Part shown: piece after piece, positions 22,299-30,146 of the stretch | How the letters are laid out: each line of letters opens with the position of its first letter | How positions within the stretch are numbered: the stretch's first letter is position 1 | Assembly: GCA_000214015.2 (NCBI GenBank) | Contig: CAID01000007.2 | Coordinates: 250,927 to 281,072 of the forward strand | Length of the DNA stretch: 30,146 bases | Reading direction: 5' to 3' | DNA from: Ostreococcus tauri | Taxonomy: Eukaryota | The notes under the pieces: model-generated | Told to the model about the DNA's origin: nothing | What the model saw: only the letters and a program-made list of their open reading frames with translations | Database searches by the model: none | Translations under genes and position numbers: made by a program

Positions 22299-24245
22299 CT
22301 ACTTCATCGAGCGTTTCTTCTTCTTTTCAATCTCAGCCGCGCTCGGACCAACAGAGACTTTACGTTTCCCTCCCATCGATCCCGTGAATTTTTTCACAAA
22401 CACACCACCGCGTCCAGACTTGTCGCTATTCCACCATGCCTTCTTCCGCCGCATGTCACAGTCATCGTCTTCCTCATCGCCCGCTTCGCTTTCCACATGT
22501 TCACCTCGTCGCCAATCATCTTGCTTTCCCGCGGCTGGCTTCTTCTCCGCATCGTTGTTCTCATCTTCTTCTTCCTCCACCTCCAATTCGCCATGTTCAT
22601 CAGCGGGATCTTCGTTGAACCGATCGGCGTTCTTGACACTCTTCGCATTTGTCTTCGGAAGACTCGCAGCGACCTTTGCCAAGATTTCTAGATTTGGATC
22701 GACGAAGTGGTCACCCTTCTTCAAGAGCTCAATCAAATCTCCGGCGAGCGGCGCAAACTTGCGTGTAAAAAATGAGAGTGCGGCACCACGTTTGCCCTGG
22801 CGCCCGGCTCGACCGACGCGATGGCGATATTGCTCAATGCTACCCGGGAAATCCCAGTTCACAACATACTCCAACCCCGCGATGTCCAGACCTCGACCGG
22901 CGACATCCGTGGCAATCAATACGGGCGTCTTCCCTGCCTTGAAATCTTTCATGGCTTGGTCTCGTCGCTCCTGTTTCATCGTACCGAAGAGCGTGCTCAC
23001 CTTTTCGTTGTGCCGCTTGCAGAGTTCGGCGATGAATTGGACCGTTTTGATGCGATTTGCAAAGACGAGGACTCGGCTTCGAGCTCTGCCGTCGGCGGCG
23101 CGAAGCTTGGTAATATACTTCATCAGTTTCCGGCTCTTCTTGTGCTCGGCGCAAACGTGCACGGTTTGTTCAACGGTAGCCATATGTGTTGTCATTTCGT
23201 CATCGCTTTTCCCCGCCATCGTCCCCGATTTACCGTCTGCAACTTCAATCTTCACTGTCTCGAAGCCTTCGCCGAGCCACGACTTGCTAATTGTTCGCAC
23301 CGCCTTGGGGAACGTCGCGCTGAATAGCAAGGTCTGTCTGCCGTCGTTAGCGTTCGGAAGTGCATCACGAATCTTCAACAACTGCTCCTCGAACCCGAGG
23401 GCGAGCATGCGGTCGGCCTCGTCCAAGACGAGGATCTTGCATCGATCCAACTTCAGCGCGCCGGATTCGAGTACTGCGTTCAACCGACCTGGTGTCCCGA
23501 TGACTAGAAAAGCGTGGGAAGTGTGCTGCCCCAACGCTTCTTCTTGATCTTCTTGCGATACGCCGCCGTACACTGCCACTGAGCGAACCGGGACCGCCTT
23601 CTTGAGCTTGTTACACACGGTGGAGATTTGCAGCGTGAGCTCGCGAGTGGGCGCCACTACGAGCGCCGCCGGCGACCCCGGGTACTTCTTGCCAGCGTTC
23701 GGATTTTCCCTTAGATCACGGAGCGCGACCTCGATCGCAGGCAACAAAAATCCGAGTGTCTTCCCGCTCCCCGGCGGCGCGATCGCGAGTACATCCTTTC
23801 CCGCGCACGCCGCCGGCCAGCAACCGCGCTGCACTGGCGTCGTCCTTCGATGCCCGATGCTCTTCATTGCGTCCATGAAATAATCCGGCACCGCCGACCC
23901 CTCACCATCCACAACGATCTCACCCCCGCCCTCCATCTCCCCCATCGCCTCGTCTCCTGTCTTTAAATCCTCCCTCGCCGCCCGCATCTTCTTCCGCAGC
24001 GCCTTACTCGCCACCCGCTCTCGCTCCGCCCTTCTCTTTTCGCCGCTACGTCGCGCCTCCTCTCGCTCGTCCTCCTCTCGAAGCGCCGGCGGCGTCGGCG
24101 GCGCGTTCGCGCACATCCCTCTCAGCGCTCTCTTCGGCCCCTTTTTCCCACGAATACGCCGTCCGTTCTCGTCCACGCGCGACGCCGCGCGCGCCTTCTT
24201 CGCCTCGCGCTTGGAGCGTTTTCGCTGCAAAAAGTCAACCGTCAT
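22299..24245 (-). CDS. DEAD-box ATP-dependent RNA helicase with basic N- and C-terminal extensions.
   Basis: This is the C-terminal 648 codons of ORF 22299..24854; the start is the ATG at 24245 (MTVDFLQRKRSKRE). The motifs are Q (TPVQ), I (AIAPPGSGKT), Ia (PTRELT), Ib (TPGRL), II (VLDEADRM), III (SAT), V (VLIATDVAGRGLDI) and VI (YRHRVGRAGR). The upstream ORF part overlaps the PP2A 3' end. Confidence 0.9.
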   Translation of the reverse strand: MTVDFLQRKRSKREAKKARAASRVDENGRRIRGKKGPKRALRGMCANAPPTPPALREEDEREEARRSGEKRRAERERVASKALRKKMRAAREDLKTGDEAMGEMEGGGEIVVDGEGSAVPDYFMDAMKSIGHRRTTPVQRGCWPAACAGKDVLAIAPPGSGKTLGFLLPAIEVALRDLRENPNAGKKYPGSPAALVVAPTRELTLQISTVCNKLKKAVPVRSVAVYGGVSQEDQEEALGQHTSHAFLVIGTPGRLNAVLESGALKLDRCKILVLDEADRMLALGFEEQLLKIRDALPNANDGRQTLLFSATFPKAVRTISKSWLGEGFETVKIEVADGKSGTMAGKSDDEMTTHMATVEQTVHVCAEHKKSRKLMKYITKLRAADGRARSRVLVFANRIKTVQFIAELCKRHNEKVSTLFGTMKQERRDQAMKDFKAGKTPVLIATDVAGRGLDIAGLEYVVNWDFPGSIEQYRHRVGRAGRQGKRGAALSFFTRKFAPLAGDLIELLKKGDHFVDPNLEILAKVAASLPKTNAKSVKNADRFNEDPADEHGELEVEEEEDENNDAEKKPAAGKQDDWRRGEHVESEAGDEEDDDCDMRRKKAWWNSDKSGRGGVFVKKFTGSMGGKRKVSVGPSAAEIEKKKKRSMK

Positions 24246-24505
24246 CGCGTCGTCGTCGTCGTCGCCTCGCGCGGTGCGCACGCGATCGCGCGCGCACGGT
24301 CGGTACCGAGTGACGGTGCGCACGTCGACGTGGTCTCGGTCGAGCGCGAGATCGAGCGGTGGAGCAGACGAGGAGTGAGGTGAGGAAATGCTCGGTCGAG
24401 AGAGGCGGCGGCGGCTGGGTGGTGGAAAACGCGGAGGGCGGACGCGGGCGCGGGGGGAGAGAGTGAAACAAACGCTCGTTGCCAATTGTACACGCCTATC
24501 GTCGT

Positions 24506-25444
24506 CTAAAGGAAGTAATCGGGGCATCGCTTCGCCGCCTGCTGCTCCTCGCCTCGGCGCGGCGCTGGATCGAATTGGAGGAAGGACGTCCCGAGGTTGT
24601 CGTCCACCTCCATAATGCTCGCCTGGTTGCCGCAGCGGTAACAGTAATTCGGTGCGCTGAAGATGGTTACCAGCGATTGATCGTGATGCCACAGGTAACC
24701 CTCCATGACCAGTTGATGCGCGCGGGCGATGAGCTTCAACCCGTTGTTGTGGTTGAACTGCTGCGTAATGTCTTCTCCAAAGGTGTACCCGGCGCCGCGC
24801 GGACTCATTCCCCAACCCGCGCGATCGTCTGGATCGCTCCACACTAAATCGCACACCGGCCCCTCGTGAGGGACCTCAGCGAACCGATCGATTTTACGCA
24901 CGTCCTCAAGCGTATCGATCGAGGGTGACAGCCCCCCGTGCGGGCAGAATATCTTATTCTCAATCACCGCGCTCAGAGGCATGAAGTCAAAAAGATCGGT
25001 AAACGCCTTCCAAATCCCCGCGTGACCGTACTTCCGCATGCACTCGTCGTAAAACCCGTACACCTGCGTGATCTGCCTCGATTCATGATTCCCTCTGATG
25101 ATGGTCACTCGATCCGGGTACCTCACCTTGAGCGCCACCACCAGCGTCACCGTCTCCACGCTGTAGTACCCGCGATCGACGTAATCCCCCAAGAACAGAT
25201 AATTCGTATCCGGCGCCAGACCACCCATCTTAAACATCTCCATCATGTCATGAAACTGTCCGTGTATGTCTCCCACCACCGTGACCGGCGCCCGGACGAA
25301 CTGCACGTTCGACTCCTCCGCCAGCAACCCGCGCGCTCGATCGCACAGCGCCACCACCTCATCTTCGGGCAAAAACTTATGCTCCAACAGCGTTCGCACC
25401 ATGGCGTCGTAATCACCGTACTCGGACGTTCGCAACCGCGTCAT
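24506..25444 (-). CDS. Serine/threonine protein phosphatase 2A catalytic subunit (PPP family).
   Basis: From ORF 24506..25459; the track start is GTG and the ATG is at 25444. The PPP motifs are GDIHGQ, GDYVDRG and GNHE. It is near-identical to PP2Ac in the blocks [62 protein letters not shown] and [12 protein letters not shown]. It ends in the PP2A-type C-terminus PDYFL. Confidence 0.95.
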   Translation of the reverse strand: MTRLRTSEYGDYDAMVRTLLEHKFLPEDEVVALCDRARGLLAEESNVQFVRAPVTVVGDIHGQFHDMMEMFKMGGLAPDTNYLFLGDYVDRGYYSVETVTLVVALKVRYPDRVTIIRGNHESRQITQVYGFYDECMRKYGHAGIWKAFTDLFDFMPLSAVIENKIFCPHGGLSPSIDTLEDVRKIDRFAEVPHEGPVCDLVWSDPDDRAGWGMSPRGAGYTFGEDITQQFNHNNGLKLIARAHQLVMEGYLWHHDQSLVTIFSAPNYCYRCGNQASIMEVDDNLGTSFLQFDPAPRRGEEQQAAKRCPDYFL

Positions 25445-25842
25445 CGCGCGTCCCACCACGCGCCCCGCCGCGCTCGTTCGTCACCCGTCGTCGTTCGACC
25501 CTCGGACGCGCGCGTCGAACCGTCCGTCCCGCGCGATCGCGATCGCTGCCGTTCGAGCGGTCGACGCGCGTCGTCGCTCGCGCGCTCACGTCCGCGGGCG
25601 TCGTTCACGACCGCCCTCGGGGTCGATCGCGTCGACGTCGACGGGCGGTCGCGCGCGTCGCCGTGTCGATCGCCGTCGACCGCATTCGGGGTCGGGCGGG
25701 CTGAACCCCACGCGTGTGAAGAAACGCGTTTTGTTTTTGGTTATAGCCGCCGCCGCCCGCCATCGTCGCGCGTCGCGCTCGGCGCGTTCGATCGGACGCT
25801 TCAGACGCGCGCGCGGCGCGCACGCGTTCGCGGACGTCGACG
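25445..25842. promoter_or_regulatory. Divergent spacer (presumed bidirectional promoter) between PP2Ac and RRP9.
   Basis: The head-to-head ATGs are at 25444 (minus strand) and 25843 (plus strand). The spacer is extremely CG-rich. Confidence 0.35.
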
Positions 25843-27402
25843 ATGGCGCCGAACGCGCGGGCGGGCGATCGAGCGGGGCGACGCGCGCGCGCGACGGGGG
25901 ACGCGAACGACGCGGACGATGCCGAGAGAGAGGCGAACGAGACGCTGGACGACGAGGACGAACGATCGGGCGTCGCGCGCGCGCGACGGGAGGCGATGGA
26001 GACGGGAGAAGGGAGCGATGCGGAGGCGGCGGCGGAGGCGGAAGCGGCGGCGCGGGAGACGGTGCAGGAGAAGAGGATTCGTTTGGCCAAGGCGTACCTG
26101 GAGCGGCTGCGAGAGGAGGCGGCTGCGGAGGACACGGATGAGGAAGAGGAGGACGGGGAGGGGAAAAATTTGGACTCGCACGCGCGATTGGCTGGACGTT
26201 TGATGATGGAGGCGCAGAAGAAGAGCGGGCATCAAAGGGAGGCGATCGCGGATCGAGTGCGGGTGTCGGCGAGGGCGAGCGGAACGTGGAGAGGACACAA
26301 GCGCGCCGTCACGGGCGTGGCGCTCACGGAGGACGATCGCACCGCGTACAGCGTCTCGAAGGATGGATCCATATTCATGTGGGATATCGAGACGGAGAAG
26401 CGAACACGATTTCCAAGAACACCGGACGTGGTGGTGGATCCGCTGCAAGGCGGCGGCGGACCGCAGGCGCCGCCAAAGTGTGGCTCGCACGTCATGCTGT
26501 GCTGCGCTGTGAGCGGCGATAGGAACTTGTTCGCCACCGGCGGCGCCGATAAGCGCGTACACGTGTGGGACACGAGGACTATGACTCACGTGACGGCGTT
26601 TGCGGGCCACAGAGGAGCGATCACGGGACTCGGCTTTCGCCACGGCACAGGTCAGCTCTTTTCTTGTTCGGAGGATCGCACCGTGAAGATTTGGTCTCTT
26701 GATGACATGGCGTACGTTGATACGCTCTTTGGACATCAGGAGCGGTGCATTGGGTTGGATACACAGCGTCGAGAACGACTCGTGACTGTCGGTGCGGACA
26801 GGGCGACGAGATTTTGGAAAGTTCCCGAGGATTCGCAGTTGGTGCTGCGACCACCCCAGGGCGGCGGTCAGGCAGAGAGCTGCGCCTTCACCGCGCACGA
26901 TCACTGGCTCACCGGGTCCCAAGATGGGACGGTGGCCATCTGGAATACGCAACGAAAGCGCGCGGCGCAGTCGTGGGAAAATGTGCACGGCTTTAGAGAT
27001 GTCGTCGCACCGAGAGGATTCAGCGACACCGACGCCAAAACAGCCCAGGAACAACGAGAGGCCGCGCAAGTATCTAGTGGTATCAGCTCTAAAAACGACG
27101 GTGGCGTTGGAGATATGGCTAGCTGGGTCAGCGCCGTGCATGTCGGTAAGGGAACGGATTTCGCTGCCTCAGGCGCCGCCGACGGCGCCATTCGATTGTG
27201 GAAGACGTCGCACGAAGGCGAGCCACTCGTCCCTCTTGACTGCCTTCCCGCCCGCGGTTTCGTGAACGCCATCCAAGTTGCTAGCACCGGTCGGTTTGTA
27301 CTCGCAGGTATGGGACAGGAACCGAGACTTGGGCGTTGGGGCCGAGACTCGGGTGCGAAAAATGGTTTGGTTCTTCATCCGCTGGATTTAGAGAAGATGT
27401 AG
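25843..27402 (+). CDS. RRP9: U3 snoRNP WD40-repeat protein RRP9 / U3-55K.
   Basis: The ATG is at 25843. An acidic N-terminus is followed by IRLAKAYLERL. WD repeats include GHKRAVTGVALTEDDRTAYSVSKDGSIFMWD, ATGGADKRVHVWD, GHRGAITGLGFRHGTGQLFSCSEDRTVKIWS and GSQDGTVAIWN. The C-terminal block is FVLAGMGQEPRLGRWGRDSGAKNGLVLHPL; for comparison, RRP9 has GQEHRLGRWW. Confidence 0.9.
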   Translation: MAPNARAGDRAGRRARATGDANDADDAEREANETLDDEDERSGVARARREAMETGEGSDAEAAAEAEAAARETVQEKRIRLAKAYLERLREEAAAEDTDEEEEDGEGKNLDSHARLAGRLMMEAQKKSGHQREAIADRVRVSARASGTWRGHKRAVTGVALTEDDRTAYSVSKDGSIFMWDIETEKRTRFPRTPDVVVDPLQGGGGPQAPPKCGSHVMLCCAVSGDRNLFATGGADKRVHVWDTRTMTHVTAFAGHRGAITGLGFRHGTGQLFSCSEDRTVKIWSLDDMAYVDTLFGHQERCIGLDTQRRERLVTVGADRATRFWKVPEDSQLVLRPPQGGGQAESCAFTAHDHWLTGSQDGTVAIWNTQRKRAAQSWENVHGFRDVVAPRGFSDTDAKTAQEQREAAQVSSGISSKNDGGVGDMASWVSAVHVGKGTDFAASGAADGAIRLWKTSHEGEPLVPLDCLPARGFVNAIQVASTGRFVLAGMGQEPRLGRWGRDSGAKNGLVLHPLDLEKM

Positions 27403-27472
27403 AGAGATTGAAATATGAGAAGCAGAAATGTTCGCTTGAATAAAAAATACACTACTAAATGGGTGTCATGCG

Positions 27473-30124
27473 TTAGTTAGACTGTGTCGTACGCGCGACA
27501 CGATAAGCGGCCTGGTCAAGTAAGACCGAGCCGAATCGGAACGCCGCAGCCTGCGCCCCTGGCGCCAGTTCCGGCGCGAGATCAATGAGCTCCTGCAGGA
27601 GTTCCACGTCGATTTCTGGCGGTATTAGCTCGTTGCCCTGCGAACTTTTAGTTTCATCTTTCCGTTCGTCTACACCTGAGAACAAATTACGAAGTTCATC
27701 CACGACTCTTAAGGTTTCAATGTCTTCGTCAGACGCGTGCGTGACGCGTTCCAACGGAGCCAGAGTCTCCTGAGCACTGCCGAGAAGTTGCGCGGCTGGT
27801 CCGAAAGATCTTGCTAGAGATTCGGCGGCACTGAACGGTGCGGCGATGGCAGAAGAAGCCGTCGTGGCCGCAAGCGCGCCTGCGTATCGCCCAAGTTCGC
27901 GCAACGCAATATCTTGAATCGGTCCACCCGCGGGATCAAAAGCCAACTTAAGGGCCTCTCGCGTGCTATTGGAGATCTTCTTCGTCGACGATCCCTCTGG
28001 CACTACGGCACCATTCGAGCGGCTTGTAATGGATGTGTAGCTCCCAAAAGCGGTGGAGAGTTGCCGGACTCGGTTGACGCTCAGAACAGCGTGCTCGCCG
28101 CTTTCTTTGCCGTATAACAGTTGCTCCAATGCCTTGCGCGTCTCAGGAGACTTGTCCGTCAACAGTCGACGAGCGACGTACGGATAGCATTCGTTTGCGA
28201 TTGAATAATTCTTGTCCACCGTCAAGCCGATCCCTTCGAGAACGGAAAATGCTCGAAGAATGTAACCAAAGTACGCTGGGATCTGGAAGATGTTCCCGTA
28301 TTTCTCCTGCACTCCCTCCAAATCCTTCGTGAGTTGCGCCACCTTTGAATCCGTCCCTGCCGCCTCCAAGAAGGCGTCGCGTCTTTTCTTGGGGTCCTTT
28401 ACACCCTTCAGCTCTTTGCGAATCTCCTTGATGCGATCTTCGTCCGGCAGACCGAGCTCTTCTCTGAAGCCTTGTGCGCCACCACCACGGGCGAGCGCTG
28501 AGAACAACAACCCAAGAGCTCGGGCGACGCCTGAGTCCTCCATTGCCTCACGTTTGCCGGAAGGAATGAAACCCATCGCGTCCAAATCGCCTGGAACGGC
28601 TTCAAAGTCTTTGCTCACCAAGTGCGCGATGAACTTCAAAATGGCTGTAGACAAGTCCTTCGACACTGGCGTCACGAGACCCCAATCGAGAATGCACAGC
28701 TTGCCGTCGTTGGTGCGAAGCAAGTTGCCCGGATGCGGGTCGGCGTGGAGAAAACCCAGATCTAAGAGCATGGCGAGATATGACGTGAGGGCAACCGCAG
28801 CGAGCTGCGCGGTGTCGTCCGCCGTGCTGTCCTGCAAACGCACGCCGTCGATCCAGCCCGTCGTGAGGACGGCGCGGGTCGAGGCTTGACGGAACACCGG
28901 CGCCGCGGTGACGACGCCACCCAAGTCAGAACGCGCTGCCATAGCCTCAGCAAACTTTTCACCGTTCGTTGCTTCAGCATCGTAATCGAGCTCCGCGATG
29001 AACCTGCGTCCCCATTCGTCGACCAGGCCTTCGAGATCCGAGTTCAGGTTATTCCACCGTCTCCACGGCTCTGCGAACATGCGGATGATCCCGATGTCCA
29101 GACTGATGGCCACGAGCGCTCCTGGGCGTTGTACTTTGACTGCGACTTCCTCCAAAGTGCCGTCGTCCTTCCTCCACGTGCCCTTGTACACCTGTCCGAG
29201 ACTCGCGCTAGCGATGGGCGTTGAACCGAGCGACAGGCGTCCTGCCGTGGCTCCAAGTTCGCGCTCCAAGATTCTACGAGCCAAGTCGTCGTCGAACGGC
29301 GGGACTTTGTCTTGAAGAACGCGCAATTCTTCGATGTACTCCGCCGGTAACAGGTCCGCACGGCTGCTCAATACCTGTCCGAGCTTGACGTACGTCGGCC
29401 CGAGCGACACCAACAACTCTCTCAACTGTGCCGCGCGCTTCGTGTTCAACGTCTTCTTTTTCTCATCGCTCGCGTTCTCGCCCATGAGTTTGCGATCTAA
29501 CCGGAGCTTGAGCACGAACGACCCGAGGAGCGAGATCGATCGCAAGCCGCGCTTGAGTAAAATCCACGGTCTCTTGTTAAAGTACTTTCGCGTCGTCTCC
29601 GGATCGTACCGTCGAAGCTCGGGCGGTTCCAACTCCCCCTCTCGGCTCGCCAGCGCCGCCCACTCGTCCATACCACTCTTCGCGGCGGGTCTCGCCGCGA
29701 ACGCGAGCGCGGCGACGACGCCCGCGGCGACGACGCCCGCGCTCGATCCGTCCGCCGCCGCCGCCGCCTCGCTCGCGCGCCTCGCCGCCGCCGCCACCAT
29801 CCCACTCGCGTCCGCACCACCCGCGCCCGCGACCGCGTCCGCGCCGCGCACCATCACCCGTTCCACCATCTCCACCAGCGCCTCTCCGCTCGCCCGCGTT
29901 TCCGTCGCTGTAAACCCCTCGAACCCGCCTCCGTCCCGTCCGAGCGCGCTCGCGCCATTCGCGATCCGTCCCAGCGCGTCCCACGCCCACGCGCTCGCCG
30001 CCGTCTCCGCGCGCGCGATCGCGTGCGCCTCACTCACGATCGCCTCCGCGAAGTCCCGCGCCCCGATGCGCCCCTCGAGCGCGCGCGCGAGTCCATCGAG
30101 CGCGCGCTCGAGTTCGAGCGCCAT
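27473..30124 (-). CDS. ABC1/UbiB (ADCK/ABC1K) atypical protein kinase with a long Ala-rich N-terminal extension.
   Basis: From ORF 27473..30124, with the ATG at 30124. The frame is still open to the window edge, so the true start could lie beyond 30146. ABC1 motifs include LGPTYVKLGQVLSSRADLLPAEYIEELRVLQDKVPPF and IASASLGQVYKG. Others are VAVKVQRPG, ELDYDAEATNGEKF, GFLHADPHPGNLL and ILDWGL. Confidence 0.9.
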   Translation of the reverse strand: MALELERALDGLARALEGRIGARDFAEAIVSEAHAIARAETAASAWAWDALGRIANGASALGRDGGGFEGFTATETRASGEALVEMVERVMVRGADAVAGAGGADASGMVAAAARRASEAAAAADGSSAGVVAAGVVAALAFAARPAAKSGMDEWAALASREGELEPPELRRYDPETTRKYFNKRPWILLKRGLRSISLLGSFVLKLRLDRKLMGENASDEKKKTLNTKRAAQLRELLVSLGPTYVKLGQVLSSRADLLPAEYIEELRVLQDKVPPFDDDLARRILERELGATAGRLSLGSTPIASASLGQVYKGTWRKDDGTLEEVAVKVQRPGALVAISLDIGIIRMFAEPWRRWNNLNSDLEGLVDEWGRRFIAELDYDAEATNGEKFAEAMAARSDLGGVVTAAPVFRQASTRAVLTTGWIDGVRLQDSTADDTAQLAAVALTSYLAMLLDLGFLHADPHPGNLLRTNDGKLCILDWGLVTPVSKDLSTAILKFIAHLVSKDFEAVPGDLDAMGFIPSGKREAMEDSGVARALGLLFSALARGGGAQGFREELGLPDEDRIKEIRKELKGVKDPKKRRDAFLEAAGTDSKVAQLTKDLEGVQEKYGNIFQIPAYFGYILRAFSVLEGIGLTVDKNYSIANECYPYVARRLLTDKSPETRKALEQLLYGKESGEHAVLSVNRVRQLSTAFGSYTSITSRSNGAVVPEGSSTKKISNSTREALKLAFDPAGGPIQDIALRELGRYAGALAATTASSAIAAPFSAAESLARSFGPAAQLLGSAQETLAPLERVTHASDEDIETLRVVDELRNLFSGVDERKDETKSSQGNELIPPEIDVELLQELIDLAPELAPGAQAAAFRFGSVLLDQAAYRVARTTQSN

Positions 30125-30146
30125 CTCGGATGATGTCCCCCGCGCG

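Noticed and set aside
22087-23547. A 486-aa plus-strand ORF, Ser/Phe/Pro-rich.
   Set aside because: It lies entirely antisense to the DEAD-box helicase, whose motifs are unambiguous. Its composition is low-complexity and it starts on a non-ATG codon.
24246-24854. An upstream extension of the helicase ORF, with a Met at 24854 or 24527.
   Set aside because: It overlaps the 3' coding end of the PP2A gene on the same strand and has Arg/Pro/Ser-rich composition. Helicase-type sequence, a basic N-terminal tail, starts at the ATG at 24245.
25801-27141. A 446-aa minus-strand ORF.
   Set aside because: It is antisense to RRP9, which has clear WD40 repeats and an RRP9-specific C-terminus. It is Arg/Leu/Ser-rich with no motifs.
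1-30146. Prokaryotic-type systems: operons, CRISPR arrays, toxin-antitoxin or defence islands, and IS elements or transposons.
   Set aside because: I saw no direct-repeat/spacer arrays, no terminal inverted repeats, and no transposase, integrase or reverse-transcriptase ORFs. The gene content (FIS1, PP2Ac, RRP9, ZCCHC9, POR with a transit peptide, spliceosomal and tRNA introns) is unambiguously eukaryotic nuclear.

Overview
This window is eukaryotic nuclear DNA, not prokaryotic. It is very gene-dense, with about 20 protein-coding genes plus one tRNA in 30 kb on both strands. It is GC- and CpG-rich and almost intron-free; I could support only one spliceosomal intron and one tRNA intron. Light-dependent protochlorophyllide reductase, Ala/Ser/Arg-rich transit-peptide-like N-termini and UGUAA-type 3' signals point to a picoplanktonic green alga (Mamiellophyceae, Ostreococcus-like). 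That organism assignment is inference only.

The ORF track uses GTG/TTG as starts and omits ORFs that run off the window, so I re-derived most start codons to the first plausible ATG. I also recovered one edge-truncated gene (1..1019, minus strand).

Gene order:
- GH-like type II membrane protein (partial)
- Papain-like protease A
- TVP38/DedA membrane protein
- SLC35B-type nucleotide-sugar transporter
- Papain-like protease B
- FIS1
- A 1290-aa ABCF protein with four nucleotide-binding domains
- Cytochrome P450
- ADO/PCO thiol dioxygenase
- ZCCHC9-like zinc-knuckle protein
- POR
- tRNA-Asp(GUC) with intron
- Prolyl-4-hydroxylase-like oxygenase
- Organellar ribosomal protein bL21 (2 exons)
- Orphan type II GT-A-like protein
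- Small conserved hypothetical protein
- DEAD-box helicase
- PP2A catalytic subunit
- RRP9/U3-55K
- ABC1/UbiB kinase

I found no CRISPR arrays, mobile elements or operon-like defence systems. The strongest candidate for novelty is the uninterrupted ORF at 8564..12436. It fuses an eEF3-like ABCF module to a complete ABCF2/Arb1-like module, giving four ATP-binding cassettes where ABCF factors normally have two.

Secondary curiosities:
- A tRNA-Asp intron built from a tandem duplication of the anticodon arm
- Two paralogous TM-anchored papain-like proteases
- A P4H-like oxygenase with an inserted double-hydrophobic segment
- Inverted UGUAA signals in a 47-bp convergent spacer
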